Made by a program: the position numbers and the translations under genes. Of a DNA stretch of 33,678 nt, positions 29,011 through 33,678 are shown one piece after another. Position 1 is the stretch's first letter. Each line of letters opens with the position of its first letter. The stretch comes from an uncultured Archangium sp. (GTDB taxonomy: Bacteria > Myxococcota > Myxococcia > Myxococcales > Myxococcaceae): NCBI GenBank assembly GCA_903915665.1, contig CAIWTT010000166.1:1-33678 (forward strand), written 5' to 3'. Under the pieces are notes generated by a model. That model searched no databases. It was not told where the DNA came from and worked only from the letters and a program-made list of their open reading frames with translations.

Positions 29011-31983
29011 TCAGCCGCACTTGCAGTGTTCGCAGGAGAACACCGTGCCGGTGGTCCGCGCCCCGCACAGGTTGACGTCCTTGAAGCGCGCCCCCGAGGT
29101 CTTCGCCTTCTCGAAGTCGGCGCCGTCTGCGTTGACGTCGGTCCACCGGGCGCCGGTGAGGTCGGCCTCGTCGAAGCGCACGCTCGCCGCGTTGACCTTG
29201 GTGAACGTGGCGCCCTTGAGGTTGGCGCTCATCAGGCTGGCCTTCTCGAGCCGCACCTCGATCAGGGTGGTGCCGGCCAGGTTCGCGCGAAACATGTTGG
29301 CCATGAGGAAGCTGGCGCTGGCGATGCTCATCGACGACAGGTTCACGTCGCTCAGGTTGGAGTTGTCGAACCGCGCGCCGTCGATGTTGGTCTTGCGCAA
29401 ATCGACGCCGTGCAGGTCCGCGGTCTGTCCGAAGTTGGCCCTGGAGAAGTTGACGTTCTCGAAGGTGCCCGCGGAGAGATCTCCGAAGATGTTGGCGCCG
29501 GTGAAGTCGGCGTCGCTCACCAGCCCGGTGCCGTAGAGGTTGATGGACGTGCCGCGGGCCTTGACCCCGGCGAGCTTCGCGCCTCGCAGGAAGGCGTCCT
29601 CCAGGTCTGCCTTGTCGAGCGTGGCGCCGCGGAGATCGACGTTGCCGAGCTTCGCCTTGCTCAGCTTCGCCCCGCTCAAGTTGGCCCCGCTCAGGTCGAC
29701 CCCGGTGAGGTCGATGCCTTCGAGCAGCTTGTTGGCGAGGTTGGCGCCCTTCAAGGTCTTCTTCGTGGCCAGCAACCGCAGGGTCTCCGCGACGTGCTCG
29801 TTCTTCAGCACGGCCACGGGCTTGTTGAGGCGCCGGTCGGCCTGGTCTCGCGCCTCGCACAGGGTGCTGGCTCGATCCCGGGTCCACGGCGACGGCTGGC
29901 CGTCGGCCACTTCCTGCGCGAGCCGTGCCGTTGCCACGTCGCAGCCGTCGCCGAGGATCTGCAGGGACAGCGCGCCGTTGGTCTCGAGCAGGCCGAACTT
30001 CTCACAGGCGGAGAGGCTCCCGAGCGCACAGCCGCGGGCCAGGTAACGCTGGTTCATCTTGGCGCGCGCGGGCTCGAGGGCCGCCATCCGGTCGTCGAGC
30101 TCGGTGCCCGACAGCCCGCGGAACTCTCCGCGGTGCAGCCGCAGCACGCCCATCGTCAGCTCGATGCCGCTGGCAAAGCAGACGCCGGTGCCCATCTTCA
30201 GCTCGTCGGCCGCCGTCGCCGCCATGCACTTGTCGTGAGCGGCGCACGCCTTGGCGTCATCCTCCAGCGGACAGGGGAAAGGGGCCAGGGGGTCTGGCAG
30301 CGCGATGCGCGGTCGCTTCGGCACCGCGGCCGGTTTCTCCGCCGGCTTCTCCACCGGCTTCTCGGCGACCACCGCGGCGGCGGCGACCTTCGCCTGGTCA
30401 CGCAGGGCGCAGGCCTCCTCGGCGCCCAGGGTGCACGCCTTGCCGTACGCCTCGAAGGCGCGCGTGAGCTCCTCCTTGCGGCTGGGGCCGAGGGCCTGGC
30501 TCGTGTGCACCTCGCCGGCGGCCACGCAGGCGCGGCGCATCTTGCCGGCGGCGCACGTCGCGTCGACGGAGGTGGTGATCTCCGCCAGCGTGATTTCACC
30601 CGCGCCCTGCTCGGGTTGGCCCGCCTTCGCGCGCGCCGCGCGGGCCTTCAACGTCGCCTCGGCCAGCAAGAAGCAACTGACCGGACGGTGGAAGTCCTCA
30701 CAGCTGAGGCGGTTGACCGACATCGCGCGCACGTCGTCCTGGGGGATGCCGGTGCCGTTGCCCAGCCACACGCCGATGGTCTCGCACGACGCCGGGTCCC
30801 GGAGGAGACAGCCATTGTCGGCCGCGGCCGCGGCGGCCTTCAGGTCGCCTTGCCCCTTGTCGTAGCCGGCCGCCAGGATGCACGCCGAGCCGTCGGAGGC
30901 ACACAGCCGCTCGAGGGTGGTGATGGCCACCTTGCGCACCGCCTCGTCCGTCGAGGCGAGGTCGGAAGACGCGGTGTACGTGCACAGGGCCACGTCGCCT
31001 CGCTCGCAGGCGGTCTCGAAGAGGGCGCGGGCCGCGACCTTGTCCTGGCGGTCGGTCACCAGCGCGGCCACCTTGCAGCTGAAGCGCCCGTCGAGCGCGC
31101 AGCTCTGCTTGAGCACTTCGAGACCCTGGGCGCGCGCTGTCTTCTTGCCGCTGTTGATCAGCGCCGTCCCGTACTGCAGGCAGCCGTAGTCGACCTTTGC
31201 CTCGCACGACTGTTGATACGAGGTCAGCGCCAGCTCCGGGTCCTTCTTCGACGCGCCGTAGTCGACCGAGCGCAGCGCGCCAAAGCCCACGCAGGTGCGC
31301 GGGTCAGCGGCGCACTTCTTCTCGAGCACCTCGAGCGCCTCGGTGCCGGCAGCGCTGACGGGACGTTCCGCGAGGCCGAGGCCCCAGGCCCCGCAGCTGT
31401 CGGGGTCGTTGAGCGCGCAGCCGGCCTGGTAGAGCGCCAGGGACGCGGCCGGGTCACCGATGAGGTCGACGAGCCGGCCGGCGCGTACGCAGCTGGGCCC
31501 GTCGCCCGCGGTGCACGCCGCCAACGACATGGTCCGCGCCTTCGTCACGTTCTGCGCCTGCCCATTGCGGCCGCGGAGGATGTCTTCGGCCAGCGCACCA
31601 CAGGCCGCCGGGTTGGCGCAGCGTGCGGGCCGGTTGCCTTTTTCCGCGAGGCGCTGTTCCAGCTTGAGCTTGAACTCCGCCAGCGACCGCTCTTTCGACG
31701 CGGGGAACTGCTCCACCAGTTGTTGGTGAAGCTTGCCGGCGACGGGGCGATTGGTGGCCCCGCGGAGTTCGGCGAGCCTCCAGAGCCGCGCGGCCGTGGG
31801 GTCGAGGTTGTACGCCGCCTGCATCTCGTCGATGGCGAGCGGGTCGTTGCCGGCGGCGTGCGCTTGCGCAGACCTCGCCTCGGAGCCGGCGGCGGCCGCG
31901 ACGTCTGCAGCACTCGCGGCGTGGCTGAGTCGAGACACCCCGAGAACCGCGATCGAGACCAGCAAGGTCAGCTTCAGGCGCAT
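29011..31983 (-). CDS. secreted protein: about 15 Sel1-like/HcpA-like Cys-pair repeats plus a C-terminal pentapeptide-repeat domain
   Basis: ATG at 31983, with the signal MRLKLTLLVSIAVLGVSRLSHAASA. There are repeated C-x6-8-C units such as CTAGDGPSCVRAG, CALNDPDSCGAWG, CAADPRTCVGFG, CEAKVDYGCLQYG and CERGDVALCTYTA. The C-terminal 250 aa consist of A(D/N)LxG pentapeptide repeats (GANLANKLLEGIDLTGVDLSGANLSGAKLSKAKLGNVDLRGATLDKADLEDA...). It ends in CEHCKCG. Confidence 0.85.
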   Translation of the reverse strand: MRLKLTLLVSIAVLGVSRLSHAASAADVAAAAGSEARSAQAHAAGNDPLAIDEMQAAYNLDPTAARLWRLAELRGATNRPVAGKLHQQLVEQFPASKERSLAEFKLKLEQRLAEKGNRPARCANPAACGALAEDILRGRNGQAQNVTKARTMSLAACTAGDGPSCVRAGRLVDLIGDPAASLALYQAGCALNDPDSCGAWGLGLAERPVSAAGTEALEVLEKKCAADPRTCVGFGALRSVDYGASKKDPELALTSYQQSCEAKVDYGCLQYGTALINSGKKTARAQGLEVLKQSCALDGRFSCKVAALVTDRQDKVAARALFETACERGDVALCTYTASSDLASTDEAVRKVAITTLERLCASDGSACILAAGYDKGQGDLKAAAAAADNGCLLRDPASCETIGVWLGNGTGIPQDDVRAMSVNRLSCEDFHRPVSCFLLAEATLKARAARAKAGQPEQGAGEITLAEITTSVDATCAAGKMRRACVAAGEVHTSQALGPSRKEELTRAFEAYGKACTLGAEEACALRDQAKVAAAAVVAEKPVEKPAEKPAAVPKRPRIALPDPLAPFPCPLEDDAKACAAHDKCMAATAADELKMGTGVCFASGIELTMGVLRLHRGEFRGLSGTELDDRMAALEPARAKMNQRYLARGCALGSLSACEKFGLLETNGALSLQILGDGCDVATARLAQEVADGQPSPWTRDRASTLCEARDQADRRLNKPVAVLKNEHVAETLRLLATKKTLKGANLANKLLEGIDLTGVDLSGANLSGAKLSKAKLGNVDLRGATLDKADLEDAFLRGAKLAGVKARGTSINLYGTGLVSDADFTGANIFGDLSAGTFENVNFSRANFGQTADLHGVDLRKTNIDGARFDNSNLSDVNLSSMSIASASFLMANMFRANLAGTTLIEVRLEKASLMSANLKGATFTKVNAASVRFDEADLTGARWTDVNADGADFEKAKTSGARFKDVNLCGARTTGTVFSCEHCKCG

Positions 31984-32034
31984 CCAGCTTCGTAGCGTCG
32001 CCCCCGGGGAGGTCAAGCGCCGTCTGGCTCGACC

Positions 32035-33180
32035 TCACTCGAACACAGACACTTCCTGGATCCGCGCCAGCCCGCCGGGGAACTCCAGCGTCACCCTCGA
32101 CGTCGGCGTGCCCGCGTCGAGCGGAATGACCAGGTAGGTGAGCTTGAGTTGACCCCACCCACCGTCCTGAAGCCGCATCTGGGGCGAGCCGCCGCTCCCA
32201 AAGGCACCCAGGTCTCCATTCCGCACCGTGCCCGTGAACGCCCCTCCGATGCCTCCGTCGTCCTGCGCGAGCACCACGCGGATCAGATCATCCCCAACCC
32301 AGGCACCGCGCAGCACCACGGCCGAGACGACCGCGGGCGTGGCCAGCTTGAACGACACCGCGTCGATCATCCCTGCATCGACCTCGGTGAGCGCGCCGTC
32401 CGTCAGCGGACACGGCGTGGCCAGCTCAGGGCACTCGAGCCCCCGGCTCAGCGGGACGCGAGTGCCTCGCAGCGCCAGTCGCTCGGCCGCCCTCATTCGG
32501 CTCGGAAGCACTCCGGAAAAGAGGAACGCAGCATCCTGATTGGGATCCAGGAGGTACGCGCTCAGGCTCAGCGTTCCCTCGAAGTCCTCGAGACGAAGTT
32601 CATCCATCACGAGAGGCTCGCGGGCGAGTTGGTAAGAACCCGGGTACTCGGCGCTCTCGTCGGGGACTTGAAAGCGATCCTCCGCCTGCCACGCCAGGCC
32701 GCCGTCGGACGTCACCAGTTGCTCGCGGTGGGTGAGCTCGACTCCCGGGGTCAGCTCGTCCGGCCAGGGAACGGGCGGGTCGAAGTGCAGTACGCCCCCA
32801 TCGAGTGACGGCGCGGCTCGCCAGTCGAGCAGCGGCGGCAGCCGGGTCTCGGGGCCGTAGAAGTCCAGGTCTGACCAGGCGTCGCTTCCCGAGGGGAAGG
32901 TGGTCTCGACCCGGAACCAGCGCGCGCGTCGCGTCTCCACCCGAAACACTTCGAAGCCGAACTTTCCTTCGGCGTCGGCGCGCGTCTCCTTCAAGGGCGT
33001 GGGCAGTGAGTCGAGCTCGCCCACCAGAAACCACGTGGGGTGCTCATCGATGTGCAGCAGCAGGCGCACCACCTGGCCATCGACTGGATCCACAGACGAG
33101 ACAGAGCCGTGCGCTGCAAGGATGTCGTCGGGGTTCGTGCAGGCAGCACACGCGAGGGTGAGCACCACGAAGCGCCACAT
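32035..33180 (-). CDS. hypothetical lipoprotein
   Basis: The ATG at 33180 overlaps the upstream stop as TGATG. The signal is MWRFVVLTLACAAC (Cys lipobox). High GC3 and complex composition. Confidence 0.7.
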   Translation of the reverse strand: MWRFVVLTLACAACTNPDDILAAHGSVSSVDPVDGQVVRLLLHIDEHPTWFLVGELDSLPTPLKETRADAEGKFGFEVFRVETRRARWFRVETTFPSGSDAWSDLDFYGPETRLPPLLDWRAAPSLDGGVLHFDPPVPWPDELTPGVELTHREQLVTSDGGLAWQAEDRFQVPDESAEYPGSYQLAREPLVMDELRLEDFEGTLSLSAYLLDPNQDAAFLFSGVLPSRMRAAERLALRGTRVPLSRGLECPELATPCPLTDGALTEVDAGMIDAVSFKLATPAVVSAVVLRGAWVGDDLIRVVLAQDDGGIGGAFTGTVRNGDLGAFGSGGSPQMRLQDGGWGQLKLTYLVIPLDAGTPTSRVTLEFPGGLARIQEVSVFE

Positions 33181-33678
33181 CAGTACACCACCTTCACGCC
33201 GAGCGTCGGCAGCACGATGGGAAGGCTGAAGGCCTCCTTCACTGGATTCGATTGTCCGGTGAAGCCGTTCGGGCCGAACCCCTGTCCGATGTCATAGCGG
33301 TACCCGTAGACCTCCGGGATGCCGAGCGTGTTGAGAATGTCGAGGTACAGCTCTGCGCTGAAGTTGCTGAAGGTGATGGTCTTCGAGGCGCGCAGGTCGA
33401 GGCGCGCGTAGGCCGGCAGTCGATCGACCTGGTTGAGTGGCACTTCGGCCCAGCCCTGGACGCCAGTCTGGGGGTTCTCCACGATCCGCGAGGTGCGGGA
33501 GCTGAACTCCCCCGACTCGGGCCGCCCGGTGTTGAAGTGGAACGACGCGCTGAGGCGATAGCCCTTGGGCAACTGGTACCCGAGCGTCAGGTTGAGCGTG
33601 TGGGTCTGGTCGAACACGAACGGCAACATCGCGGAGGTGTCCTCGGCCACGGTGAAGTCCGGCGTGAAGAGCGCGAAC
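33180..33678 (-). CDS. outer-membrane beta-barrel protein, C-terminal fragment (TonB-dependent-receptor-like); the 5' end lies beyond the window
   Basis: Alternating amphipathic beta-strands (LNLTLGYQLPKGYRLSASFHFNTG, LPAYARLDLRASKTITF, AELYLDILNTLGIPEVYGYRY) end in LGVKVVY with an aromatic terminus. The stop is coupled to the next gene. Confidence 0.5.
   Translation of the reverse strand, partial: FALFTPDFTVAEDTSAMLPFVFDQTHTLNLTLGYQLPKGYRLSASFHFNTGRPESGEFSSRTSRIVENPQTGVQGWAEVPLNQVDRLPAYARLDLRASKTITFSNFSAELYLDILNTLGIPEVYGYRYDIGQGFGPNGFTGQSNPVKEAFSLPIVLPTLGVKVVY

Overview
This is a 33.7 kb window of very GC-rich DNA (about 70% GC, with strong G/C bias at third codon positions), consistent with a Myxococcota-type chromosome. 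I saw no rRNA, tRNA, CRISPR array, transposase or integrase. Genes are densely packed and mostly on the minus strand. The six-frame track is dominated by long GC-rich antisense shadow ORFs, which I rejected. Genes were called from codon bias and recognisable protein motifs. The ORF tool translates GTG/TTG starts as M, so I re-derived start codons by hand.

Gene order:
- OmpA-family protein (242..769, -)
- ATP-grasp protein (903..1802, -)
- small cNMP-binding protein (1857..2312, +)
- a five-gene minus-strand operon (8656 down to 2313): an FHA-domain membrane protein, a membrane-anchored hypothetical protein, and three Tad-type pseudopilins (TadE-like, TadG-like, large TadE-like). The last four genes are joined by three GTGA stop/start overlaps.
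- a clear bacterial homolog of the eukaryotic major vault protein (8791..10905, +), transcribed divergently from the FHA gene
- two small hypothetical genes and a degraded lipoprotein-signal ORF (10960..12346)
- CHASE/3xPAS sensor histidine kinase (12333..15272, -)
- Gly-repeat, Cys-rich lipoprotein (15695..17530, -)
- TPR protein (17662..18255, -)
- frameshifted, truncated PilT-like ATPase remnant (18596..19184, +)
- REC-EAL response regulator (19298..20446, +), GTGA-coupled to a double zinc-ribbon protein (20443..20805, +). That gene is followed by a coding-like extension beyond an in-frame TAG.
- a minus-strand array from 33678 down to 21043: a partial outer-membrane beta-barrel, a lipoprotein, a secreted Sel1-like/pentapeptide-repeat protein, one continuous 1382-aa ORF encoding topoisomerase III fused to RecQ helicase, a small membrane protein, an alpha/beta hydrolase, a large CarbopepD-like lipoprotein with a rho-independent terminator, and a small ORF.

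Main highlights are the vault-protein homolog, the TopoIII-RecQ single-frame fusion with a tandem-repeat linker, and the orphan FHA/Tad pseudopilin module. Lesser ones are the decayed PilT next to REC-EAL, the interrupted zinc-ribbon frame, and several exact repeats.
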